The position numbers and the translations under genes are program-made. The notes below the pieces were generated by a model, which saw only the letters and a list, made by a program, of their open reading frames with translations, did no database searches and had not been told where the DNA came from. From NCBI GenBank assembly GCA_026982835.1, contig JALSGI010000891.1, forward strand, positions 1 to 39,086: DNA of 39,086 bases, in the 5' to 3' direction. Below are positions 1 through 7,489 of the stretch, one piece after another; position 1 is the stretch's first letter, and each line of letters begins with the position of its first letter. The DNA comes from Planctomycetota bacterium (lineage in GTDB: Bacteria; Planctomycetota; Planctomycetia; Pirellulales; S012-138).

Positions 1-1
1 C

Positions 2-457
2 CACCTGGTCACGATCCCCAACTCCACCATCGTCAACAATCCGGTGGAGAACATCAGCCGCCGCCCCTCGATCCGGCGGATCCTGGACATTGGGCTCACC
101 TACGACACCCCGCCGGAAAAGATCCAGCAGGTGGTGGATCGCCTGCGGGAGATCCTCCAGGAGCCGGAGTTCCGCGAGCCGCTGCATTTCAAGGTGGGCC
201 AGGACGAGTTCGCCCCGCGGGTCTATTTCACCGACTTCAACGCCGACAATCTCAACGTGCGCGTCATCTACTGGTACCACCCGCCCGCCTACTGGGACTT
301 TCTGGACCACGGCCAGCGGCTCAACCTGCGGATCATGCAGGAGCTGGAGTCCCTGGGCGTGGAGTTCGCCTTCCCCACCCAAACGCTCTACCTGGCCGGC
401 GATCCCCGCCGGGAGCTGCAAGTGACGGTGCAGCAGCCGGGCAGGGAACCGGCGTAA
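2..457 (+). CDS. Mechanosensitive ion channel (MscS family) protein, C-terminal part; the 5' end lies upstream of the window
   Basis: Frame 2 is open from base 2 (HLVTIPNSTIVNNPVENISRRPSIRR...). The TIPNS...N.SRR beta-domain motif followed by an alpha/beta C-terminal domain is typical of MscS-like channels. Stop TAA at 455-457. Confidence 0.75.
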   Translation, partial: HLVTIPNSTIVNNPVENISRRPSIRRILDIGLTYDTPPEKIQQVVDRLREILQEPEFREPLHFKVGQDEFAPRVYFTDFNADNLNVRVIYWYHPPAYWDFLDHGQRLNLRIMQELESLGVEFAFPTQTLYLAGDPRRELQVTVQQPGREPA

Positions 458-611
458 CCGCGGTTCTTCCCCGGGGGCTCGGTTCCTTGGCTTGGAACCG
501 GAACAAACGGGCTCGCCACGCGCGCAAAAACACCGGACCGCGTTGGCTGCGGCCCGGTCTGGTCGTCCAATCCGAGGGATTCCCCATCGGGTGGCCAATC
601 TCCGGCGTGGC

Positions 612-1238
612 TCAGCGCCGCGGTGTGCCTTGCGGGACGAAGGGCCGGGCGGCGGCTCCGCCGGCCCGTTGCTTCAACTGCTGGATCACCAGCGGCGTCA
701 GGTCCAGGGCCTTTTGGTGGTAGAAGATGCGGTTGTTGAGGTGCTTGAGCACGTCCTGGGAGTTGTTCGGATCCAGCTCCTTGCTGTCGAACCGCAGCAC
801 GATGCCGATGTTGTACTGGCGGCAGATTTGGGCCACGATCTGGCGGATTTCCACGTAGGCCGTGTAGTACATCTTGGTTTCCCGTTCCAGCAGCTCCTTT
901 TGTTTGAGCGAAGCGAACACGTTCAGATCGGCCCGCTCTTTGGTCACCTGCGCCTCCAGGTTCTTGTATTCGGGAGTCCCCTGCTTGAGCTGGTTGAGCT
1001 GCTGCACCAGCTTGGCCAGGCGTTCGCGGCGGGCGCGGAAGTCCACTTGGGCTATGTCCACGGCCCCTTGCAGCTCTTTTTTCATGGCCTGAAAGCCCGG
1101 ATGGTGCTCCAGCACCGCTTTCAGGTCCAACAGGGCCACGCCCGGGTAGGCTTGCTGCTGGGCTTGGGCCTCGGCCAGAAAACTCTGCTGGGCAAGAACC
1201 ACCGCCAGCACCGGCAGGAAGCATCGGACCAAACGCAT
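612..1238 (-). CDS. OmpH/Skp family periplasmic chaperone
   Basis: ATG at 1238 is preceded by AAGGAG. N-terminal signal peptide (LPVLAVVLAQQSFLAEAQA). Long coiled-coil-like K/E/Q/L-rich body with a C-terminal IVL..D...L..N segment typical of Skp/OmpH. Confidence 0.8.
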   Translation of the reverse strand: MRLVRCFLPVLAVVLAQQSFLAEAQAQQQAYPGVALLDLKAVLEHHPGFQAMKKELQGAVDIAQVDFRARRERLAKLVQQLNQLKQGTPEYKNLEAQVTKERADLNVFASLKQKELLERETKMYYTAYVEIRQIVAQICRQYNIGIVLRFDSKELDPNNSQDVLKHLNNRIFYHQKALDLTPLVIQQLKQRAGGAAARPFVPQGTPRR

Positions 1239-1574
1239 GGGAAACCGCTCCTTTCCGCAACAGGGGTTGCTGGGGGGGTGCCGGTTGCCGGGGAGCCGGC
1301 ACCACCGGGGGGGGAAATCCGTCCCGGCCAGGGAATCTCAAGCCCCCAGGTGCGCGTTGCCTGGGCGAACTTACGATCCACCCCCCTTATCGGCACAATC
1401 GTTACAATCGGTACAGTCAAACCGGCCGCGAAAATGGGGGTGCCGGGGCCACCGGGGCGCGGGGCATGCTAGCATCGACTCGACTTTATCCCCGGGGAGT
1501 TTTGCGGCATCATAAACGCCGACAAACGGAAACAGAGTGCCTCGGTAACCGAAACGGATTTCTCCTCGCGCACC

Positions 1575-2630
1575 ATGCCTGCAGCGCAAGCCGTCGAGCT
1601 TTTTCCCGGCCGTCGGGTCGGTTCCGGATACTCCGTGCTGGTGGTGGCCGAGCTGGGCCAGAACCACAACGGCTCCCTGGCCCTGGCCTGCCGGATGATC
1701 GAGGCGGCCGCGGCGGCCGGGGCCGAAGCGGTGAAGTTCTGCAAGCGCAACCTGGAACACGACCTGGCCGCCCCGTTGCGCAACCGCCGCTACGACTCCC
1801 CCCATAGCTTCGGCGCCACTTACGGCCAGCACCGCGCGCATCTGGAACTTTCCATCGAAGAGCACCGCCTGTTGCAACAGGTGGCCCACGGCTGGGACGT
1901 CCCCTACTTCGCCACCGCCTGCGATCCTCCCAGCGTGGAGCAGTTGGAATCGCTGAACGTGCCCTGCTACAAAGTGGCCAGCCGCGATCTGACCAACGAC
2001 CCGCTGCTGCACGAGCTGGCCCGAACCGGAAAACCCCTGATCCTCTCCACCGGCATGGACGGGCCGCGGGAAATCGCCCACGCCGTGGAGCTGGTGACCG
2101 CCTATCACGATCAAGTGGTGCTGCTGCACTGCGTCAGTGCCTATCCCACGCCCTATGCGGAGATGAACCTGCGGGCTGTGGGTTTCTTGCAGCGGGAGTT
2201 CGGCTTGCCGGTGGGCTTGAGCGATCACACGCTGGGCACGCCGGTGGCCGTGGCCGCCGTGGCCCTGGGAGCGGTGCTGGTGGAGAAACACTTTACGCTG
2301 GATCGCCGCTTGCGGGGCCGGGACCACGCCTGCTCGCTGGAACCGCATCACTTCGCTCGCATGGTGGAAGAAATCCGCCGCGTGGAGCTGGCCCTGGGCC
2401 GAGCGGAGAAACGGGTGCCGCCCAGCGTGCAGTCCAGCCGCTGGCGGTTGCAACGGACGGTGGTGGCCCGCTGCCCCATCCCGGCAGGCACCCGGCTGCA
2501 GGAACACATGCTGTGCTTGAAAAGTGCCGGACGTGGCGTCCCGTGGTCCCAGCGCCACCGGCTGCTGGGACGCACAGTCCGGCGGGACATTCCTCCCGAC
2601 GAGCCGATCCTGGTACAAGACGTCGCTTAA
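1575..2630 (+). CDS. N-acylneuraminate (sialic-acid-like nonulosonate) synthase family protein, NeuB/SpsE-like, with C-terminal SAF domain
   Basis: Motifs AELGQNHNGSL, AVKF, LSTGM, CVSAYP, GLSDHT, VEKHFTLD and DH..SLEP, then a SAF-like tail (VVARCPIPAGTRL). The insertion RRYDSPHSFGATYGQHRAHLELS resembles the Neu5Ac-9-P synthase (NANS) type as I remember it. Confidence 0.85.
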   Translation: MPAAQAVELFPGRRVGSGYSVLVVAELGQNHNGSLALACRMIEAAAAAGAEAVKFCKRNLEHDLAAPLRNRRYDSPHSFGATYGQHRAHLELSIEEHRLLQQVAHGWDVPYFATACDPPSVEQLESLNVPCYKVASRDLTNDPLLHELARTGKPLILSTGMDGPREIAHAVELVTAYHDQVVLLHCVSAYPTPYAEMNLRAVGFLQREFGLPVGLSDHTLGTPVAVAAVALGAVLVEKHFTLDRRLRGRDHACSLEPHHFARMVEEIRRVELALGRAEKRVPPSVQSSRWRLQRTVVARCPIPAGTRLQEHMLCLKSAGRGVPWSQRHRLLGRTVRRDIPPDEPILVQDVA

Positions 2631-2752
2631 CAGCCCGTTGAAAAGCGCACGTATGGGAGGGCGAGGCTCCCGCCGAGCCGCTTTTTTCAGAAGTGGAGAC
2701 AATTCCAGAAACAAGTTTCGGCTTGACGAGGACTTCTTCAACGGGCTGTTAA
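2627..2752. repeat. Perfect 16-bp inverted repeat (TTAACAGCCCGTTGAA / TTCAACGGGCTGTTAA) bracketing 94 nt of the neuB-like/cytidylyltransferase spacer
   Basis: The arms at 2627-2642 and 2737-2752 are exact reverse complements. The left arm includes the neuB-like stop codon TAA (2628-2630). Confidence 0.85.
2665..2687 (+). terminator. Weak intrinsic-terminator-like hairpin plus T6 after the NeuB-like gene
   Basis: GGCTC-ccgcc-GAGCC (2665-2679) followed by GC and TTTTTT (2682-2687). The stem is only 5 bp. Confidence 0.35.
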
Positions 2753-2819
2753 CTCGGAGGATTCGTCCCGGTTTGATGACATCCGGACCGACTTCGGCAA
2801 ACAACCCGGGAGGCCAAGG

Positions 2820-3575
2820 ATGGAACCCCAGGTGCGGATCGTGATCCAGGCTCGCATGGGCTCGACGCGTCTGCCCGGCAAGGTGCTGCTCCCGCTGGCT
2901 GGTCGGGAGCTGCTCTGGCATGTAGTTCATCGCATGCAGGCGGTGGCTCAATATCTCCGCTGGCCCGTCCAGGTGGTGGTGGCCACCACCACGCGGCGAG
3001 AGGACCGGCAGATCGTCCAGCGCTGCCAAAACTGGAACGTCCCTTGCCTGCGCGGGCCGGCCCGCGATGTGCTCCAGCGCTACGCCCTGGCCAGCCGCGG
3101 CTTGTGGCCCTGGGACGTAGTGGTGCGGGCCACGGCCGACAACCCCCTTTACTGCCCGCGGCGAGCCGCCCGGCTGATCCAGCTCCACGTGCAGGCCCAG
3201 GCCCAATATACCTGCGTGACCAATCTCTCCTACGTGGTGCCCGAGGCCGTGCGCTGCCACACGCTGCGGCAGTTGGCCCACTGGGAATGGGACCCCTACA
3301 CCCGCGAGCACGTCACGCCGCACCTGCGCCGCTATCCGTGGCGCTATCGGGTGCAGCAGCTTCCGCCCGCGTGGGAAGGGCTGCGGCCCGAGTATCGCCT
3401 TACCGTGGATACCCCCGAGCAATACGAGCAGATGGCCCGGCTGTTCGACGCCCTGGGCAAAGACGATCCCCTGTTCCCGCTGGAGGCGGTGTACGACTAC
3501 CTGGAACGGCTCTCCTGGCCCTCGGCGGCTCCGGTGCCGGAAGATGCTCCCACAGTGCTGATGCCTTTTGGATAG
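2820..3575 (+). CDS. Cytidylyltransferase family protein (SpsF / acylneuraminate cytidylyltransferase-like)
   Basis: ATG preceded by GGGAGG. N-terminal IQARMGSTRLPGKVL motif characteristic of the CTP_transf_3/SpsF family. Sits next to the NeuB-like gene on the same strand. Confidence 0.7.
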   Translation: MEPQVRIVIQARMGSTRLPGKVLLPLAGRELLWHVVHRMQAVAQYLRWPVQVVVATTTRREDRQIVQRCQNWNVPCLRGPARDVLQRYALASRGLWPWDVVVRATADNPLYCPRRAARLIQLHVQAQAQYTCVTNLSYVVPEAVRCHTLRQLAHWEWDPYTREHVTPHLRRYPWRYRVQQLPPAWEGLRPEYRLTVDTPEQYEQMARLFDALGKDDPLFPLEAVYDYLERLSWPSAAPVPEDAPTVLMPFG

Positions 3576-3595
3576 CCGGCCCAGGTGCGTTTTTT

Positions 3596-3638
3596 CCAGG
3601 GGGTGGCCCTGGTGCGGAAAGCTGCACAGCTTTTCCGC
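3596..3638. terminator. Two adjacent hairpins between convergent genes (cytidylyltransferase-like and DUF309); candidate bidirectional terminator
   Basis: CCAGGG-ggtgg-CCCTGG (3596-3612), preceded by T6 (3590-3595). GCGGAAAGCTG...CAGCTTTTCCGC (3614-3638) forms an 11-bp stem with one bulge. Confidence 0.35.
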
Positions 3639-3643
3639 TTGGT

Positions 3644-4036
3644 TCAAGGGGCCGGCTGCGGCGGGGGATCGAGGTGGATTTCGGGGATTTTATCCGGGTC
3701 GATCTCCGTCCCCGGAGTCGGTTCCTCCCCTTGGATCACTTCGGTAAAGCACTCCCGCAACTGAGCCAGGAACTCCTCCAGGTCCAGCCCCAGGTGCCGG
3801 GGGCGGTACGGCTCCAGGTGCGAACAGCAACTGTAAAACACCTTCTTGGCCCCTCGCAGATTCCCGTTGACGAAGTGGTGCAGGGCCACGGCGGCCTGGA
3901 TCAGTCCCTGGTAGAACTCGCGGTCGGCCCCTTGCACGTCGGCCCAAAGCTCTTCCCACGCCTCGTGGCTCTCGAAGAACTCGCACTGGTTAAAAAGCTC
4001 GATGCCGCGCAGGTAGCGGGGGTCGTAGTCGGCCAT
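3644..4036 (-). CDS. DUF309 domain-containing protein
   Basis: GIELFNQCEFFESHEAWEELW...FYQGLIQAAVALHH..NGNLRGA matches the DUF309 signature (LFN..yyEaHE.lE..W ... GLIQ.A.a..H). Confidence 0.8.
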   Translation of the reverse strand: MADYDPRYLRGIELFNQCEFFESHEAWEELWADVQGADREFYQGLIQAAVALHHFVNGNLRGAKKVFYSCCSHLEPYRPRHLGLDLEEFLAQLRECFTEVIQGEEPTPGTEIDPDKIPEIHLDPPPQPAP

Positions 4037-4082
4037 GGGATTGCCTTCCCGAAGGCGGCGGATGCCCGCCGGGAGGGGTTGC

Positions 4083-4598
4083 TTACACGGCGGCTGGTTC
4101 GGCTTGTCCGCGGCGCACCTGCTGCACGGCCTGGTAGCTGCGGGCGGTTTTCAAAATGGCCTGCTGCACCACGTCCGGCTCGCGCACCCCGGGCAGCTCG
4201 AACACCAGCACCGGCCCCTGGCGGAAGATAAGATTGCCGCAAGGGAACCACTCCTGCCCGGGCAGTACCTCGATGTCGATCTGGTCGAATCCATCCAGCC
4301 GGATGCTCCGCAGCTCCTGCCGCGAGAGCCAGCGATGGACGATCAAGCGGCGGTTGGTCAACCGGTAGCGACGGCAAGCCCAAGGGCTCAATCGCCAGAA
4401 AAAGTACACCAACGCCACGGGGATCAACAGCAGGGCAAACAGCTTGCCCAGGGTGAAGAACTTGCCGATCCCCCACCGGATGCCGCAGAGCCGCCCGATC
4501 AGCCGTCCCAGCGGCGCTGCCCCCATCGAGGGGAACACGGTCATCACGGTCACTTCTTCCACTTCCGGCGGGGTGAGACCACTGATGGGCTGGACCAT
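4083..4598 (-). CDS. Membrane protein with bacterial PH (bPH_2/YdbS-like) domain
   Basis: Two hydrophobic helices, then RYRLTNRRLIV...I.L..FDQIDIEV.PGQ....GNLIF, typical of DUF304/bPH_2. The track ORF starts at a TTG (4676). I prefer the first ATG (4598); ATG 4544 is also possible. Confidence 0.6.
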   Translation of the reverse strand: MVQPISGLTPPEVEEVTVMTVFPSMGAAPLGRLIGRLCGIRWGIGKFFTLGKLFALLLIPVALVYFFWRLSPWACRRYRLTNRRLIVHRWLSRQELRSIRLDGFDQIDIEVLPGQEWFPCGNLIFRQGPVLVFELPGVREPDVVQQAILKTARSYQAVQQVRRGQAEPAAV

Positions 4599-4863
4599 GG
4601 GTGTTAGTGCTGGCAGGTGGTGGAAGGAAAGGGAACTCCGGTAACGTGTGGAAAAAGTTACCACGCCCCCCGGCAAAATACCAGCCCCCCGAGGCCGTTC
4701 TCCGCCGACTCAAAGCCGGCGGCTCGCCGGTTCTCCGCGGGCTGACGGTGCGCGGCTCGCCGCCGGTGCGAGATAACGTGTCCGGCGAGCCCCCGGCTTT
4801 GTACGTGTTTAGCGTGCCAGCATAAATGGAGTGTTTCCAGATCAAAAGAGTTGATTTTTGTCC

Positions 4864-4947
4864 GGCGAGCCCCGGGCTTTAGCCCGGGGAGAGCCGAGTA
4901 ACCAGATTGCGTTGTTTTTCTCCGCCAGCTGAAGCCCGCGGCTCGCC
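4864..4947. repeat. Composite ~84-nt MITE-like element: two inverted hairpin modules around an A/T-rich spacer, with termini GGCGAGCC / GGCTCGCC
   Basis: The left arm GGCGAGCCCCGGGCTTTAGCCCGGGGAGAGCC is 32/32 identical to 9317-9348 and 19125-19156. The right arm is TTCTCCGCCAGCTGAAGCCCGCGGCTCGCC. The 8-nt termini are exact reverse complements. Confidence 0.75.
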
Positions 4948-5146
4948 GATTCGAGAATAAGCGCTTGTTCCGGCTCCGGTGCGGAAGCACCACCGCAAGA
5001 CCCAGGACCCAAGACCTCCGGAGCGGAAGCTCCGGCGCAACAGCGCACGCCGCAAGCCGCCTTTCGCCGCCTCCCCCCGCTTACGCGGGGAGCTCTTGGT
5101 TGTGCAAGTTGACGTTTGGTTTCACCCCGGTGCGGCAGCACCCGCT

Positions 5147-5174
5147 CAAGACCCAAGACCCACGACCCAAGACC
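5147..5174 (+). repeat. Tandem heptamer run (CAAGACC)x4, one unit CACGACC
   Basis: Read directly. Related runs occur at 4996-5016, 9251-9271, 18596-18622 (reverse complement) and 14135-14157 (degenerate, reverse complement). Confidence 0.9.
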
Positions 5175-5202
5175 TCAAAATCTCCACACTCGCCGGTGCG
5201 GT

Positions 5203-5958
5203 TTACTCTGCCTGGTCGTCGGCGTGCCGCACCTGCAAGGCGGCCAGCATTTCGGTAATCCGTTCTTCCTTGCGGCTGATGCCGGCGATGTTTTCCAGGA
5301 TGATGGGCCGCGCCCCGCGCGGCTCCAGGATCAGCCGTCCCGAGCCCAACAGCAGGTACTCGAACACGTCGTTAATCTCTTTTTCCACCTTGAGGTGCGG
5401 GGCCGAAAACCGTTTCATGTTGCTCAGGATGCCGTGATGGTGCAGCAGCTCGTTGGGGCGCACCTCCCAGTAATCGAAACGGATGGCAATCCAGATGCCC
5501 ACGAACACGAACCCAAACGCCACCGTGATGATCCAGTAAAAGGTGCTGTTGGCCACCGGCCGCAGGGCTTGGAACCAGCGGCTGATCGAGGGGGCTAGGT
5601 CCGGCTTCCAGGTGAAAAGCAGTGTCAGCCCCAAGGCCGCGCTGATCACGATGAACAGCAATGTCAGTGAAGTCCCGCGAGGAAAGTCGAAGGCCAGCAC
5701 AATCGAATTGAGCACGAATACGGCCAGGAACACCGTGCCCAAGGTTACATGGAGCGTGCTCTCGGGATCGGGATCGTGCCCGCCGCTGAAGGTGGAAATC
5801 AACGCGGCCAGGAACGCGGCGATCCAGGTGGGATAGAGAAACACGAACTTGGGCAGCGGGTAGAGCTTAACCGAATTTTCCCGTTTTGTCTTCTTGGCGG
5901 ACTTGGGCTGTTCGGCGGTTTGCTCAGCGGCTTCGGTTTTGGTTTCTTCGCTGTTCAT
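5203..5958 (-). CDS. Integral membrane protein, function unknown (4-5 TM helices; possible C-terminal PH-like domain)
   Basis: The track ORF begins at a GTG (6003). ATG at 5958 has GAGGG 8-12 nt upstream. Multiple hydrophobic helices. The tail WEVRPNELLHHHGILS...GSGRLILEPRGARPIILENI resembles bPH domains. Confidence 0.6.
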   Translation of the reverse strand: MNSEETKTEAAEQTAEQPKSAKKTKRENSVKLYPLPKFVFLYPTWIAAFLAALISTFSGGHDPDPESTLHVTLGTVFLAVFVLNSIVLAFDFPRGTSLTLLFIVISAALGLTLLFTWKPDLAPSISRWFQALRPVANSTFYWIITVAFGFVFVGIWIAIRFDYWEVRPNELLHHHGILSNMKRFSAPHLKVEKEINDVFEYLLLGSGRLILEPRGARPIILENIAGISRKEERITEMLAALQVRHADDQAE

Positions 5959-6244
5959 GGCTGGACCCTCGACTGGAGGAACAGCAGGTATCCCCTTGCC
6001 CACAAGGCAATTCGCCGGGGCGAGGAAAAACTTGCGCGGTAATCACCGCGGGCGGCGGTAATCAAGTTACCCGAAAGCGGCTGGTTCGGGTAGCTGAAAG
6101 TTTCACTTCTCTGCCATCAACTTGATAGCGAAGATGCTCGCGGCTATGACCGGCACCGTGATTGTTTGAGAGGCAATTGGTCGTCGGTTCGCACCAGTAA
6201 GGAGGGCAGTTGCCACCGGGAAGGGGGAGGACCGACAAAGACAA

Positions 6245-6487
6245 ATGGCTGGTGTGCTGAATCCTGGGATGCCGTGTGTGGAATTCCGGGAGCGTCTCCC
6301 CGCGTGCTTGCCAAAGATCGTCAAGGCCAATCGGTTGCCTGAGGGATCATCGACCGGGGACTTCAACATGGCGCCCGGCCGATGGGACCAGGGGCTGTCG
6401 AACCGGATTGAGAAGAGGTCTGCAAAGCGGCTTGTGCTGGCCCACCTGGAGCTGGACATCATGGACTCCGTGCCGGGTGCACGCTAG
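6245..6487 (+). CDS. Possible small hypothetical protein (80 aa)
   Basis: Third-position GC is about 75% in a region of only about 55% GC, and the composition is balanced rather than Arg/Pro/Ala-dominated. GGAGG lies 14 nt upstream, which is a long spacing. No recognisable motif. Confidence 0.3.
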   Translation: MAGVLNPGMPCVEFRERLPACLPKIVKANRLPEGSSTGDFNMAPGRWDQGLSNRIEKRSAKRLVLAHLELDIMDSVPGAR

Positions 6488-6582
6488 AAACTGGTCTGAT
6501 AATGGCAGATTTTTTATTTTAGCAATGGGGTTTCTTCTCGGTTTGATGGACCCAGCCAAACCGGTATCCAGGAGGAAGTGCG

Positions 6583-7413
6583 ATGATGGGCAGCGGTCAT
6601 TGCTCCTTGTCAATCATCCTGCATCTCCGGCGGTTTGGAGACGCCCCCTTTGGTCGGAAGGTGGCGCTAGCGGTGCTCCTGCTCGGAGGGGTGCTTGGGC
6701 AGGGGCCGCTGAATGCCGCGCAGCGCGACTTCACTCTTGTGGAGCTGAGTGGTCGGGCCAAGGACTTTTTCTACACTCGCAACTGGCGAAGGTACTATTG
6801 GTGCGAGGATTTCAGTTTCCTGCTGCAGCAGGAGAAGACGGGCAAAACCTGGAGAGTCATTTCCCGGGAGCCGACTCCCTGGATCGGCAAATACCGCTTC
6901 GGGCCGACCTATACCGGCTTGAAAGTGAACTGGGAGGCAAATCCGGCCGTGAAGGTCGTCGGGGTAATGGGGATTGACCGAATTCCGCCCCAGTTCTACG
7001 AGTTCAAGTTGGGCAAGAATACCATCACGGCGTTTATTGTTTGGGTGAAGGATGCCGAAACCGGTCGGTATCGCGAATGGTATGTGAACAACTGGTTCCA
7101 CCGCTGGGGGCCGAAAACCGACAAGGCCATTCTCCGCTATTACGCCGACCGGAACGCTCCGTACGATGTCTGGTGCCACGTGGGCGGCACCATCGTGCCG
7201 CTGAGCAAGCAAGGGGAAGAAGTGCTTGCCACAACCAAAGGACGCGTCAGGATTCTCCATCTGCGCATCCGCTCGACCAAGAAAACGCCGTTGGGATACG
7301 AAGCCGACATACTGCATCTGTGCGGCTCTGCACCCAGAGGCGGATATACGATCCTCTACGGCGATCCGAAGAAGGTTCCCCTATTGGACGTTCGCCGGCC
7401 AAAGGGCAAATGA
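6583..7413 (+). CDS. Hypothetical secreted protein, Trp/Tyr-rich, no recognised domain
   Basis: AGGAGG sits 8 nt upstream of ATG. Signal-peptide-like VALAVLLLGGVLGQGPLNAAQ. Clear coding periodicity. Lower GC than neighbouring genes. I recognise no family. Confidence 0.55.
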   Translation: MMGSGHCSLSIILHLRRFGDAPFGRKVALAVLLLGGVLGQGPLNAAQRDFTLVELSGRAKDFFYTRNWRRYYWCEDFSFLLQQEKTGKTWRVISREPTPWIGKYRFGPTYTGLKVNWEANPAVKVVGVMGIDRIPPQFYEFKLGKNTITAFIVWVKDAETGRYREWYVNNWFHRWGPKTDKAILRYYADRNAPYDVWCHVGGTIVPLSKQGEEVLATTKGRVRILHLRIRSTKKTPLGYEADILHLCGSAPRGGYTILYGDPKKVPLLDVRRPKGK

Positions 7414-7489
7414 AGGTCTGCCCGGGCAAGTGGGTCATCGCCTCCCACTAACACCGGGGCTGAGGGTCACCAGCCAAGCGAGGTGCGTC

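Larger units (their letters stand above)
4677..5202. repeat. Intergenic repeat cluster 1: mosaic of hairpin modules, heptamer runs and GGAA-loop hairpins
   Basis: GGCGAGCC-hairpin-GGAGAA units at 4698-4728(-), 4731-4761(-), 4784-4800 (+, truncated), 4864-4895(+), 4918-4947(-) and a degenerate one at 5075-5090. GGAA-loop hairpins at 4978-4991 and 5018-5035. CAAGACC runs at 4996-5016 and 5147-5174. All have near-identical copies in clusters 2-4. Confidence 0.9.

Noticed and set aside
1403-1408. TACAAT hexamer within the ACAATCG-TT-ACAATCG-GT-ACA near-repeat, as a promoter -10 for the NeuB-like gene
   Set aside because: No acceptable -35 lies at 16-19 nt spacing, so there is too little support to call a feature.
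388-1472. ORFs 388..1341(-) and 492..1472(+) overlapping the Skp/OmpH gene
   Set aside because: These are off-frame or antisense translations with low-complexity R/P/G/A composition. The 612..1238(-) frame gives a signal peptide and Skp-like sequence.
1371-3647. 758-aa minus-strand ORF covering the NeuB-like and cytidylyltransferase genes
   Set aside because: It is an antisense shadow ORF in high-GC DNA. The translation is Arg/Pro/Gly/Ala/His-dominated with no motifs, whereas the plus-strand ORFs carry clear family signatures and Shine-Dalgarno sites.
4658-5156. Small ORFs inside the repeat clusters (for example 4658..4993, 4842..5156, 9102..9362, 18740..19015, 19169..19414)
   Set aside because: Their peptide similarities (…LKPGAR…, …GASAPE…) simply mirror the nucleotide repeat modules in both orientations. 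They lack start context and coding periodicity.
6487-6510. TPP-riboswitch-like string (AACTGGTCTGATAATGGCAGA resembles ACCTGATCTGGATAATGCCAGCG)
   Set aside because: The P4/P5 pairing and the upstream CTGAGA/GGGGTGC elements are not present. The downstream gene has no link to thiamine. This is likely chance similarity in an AT-richer spacer.
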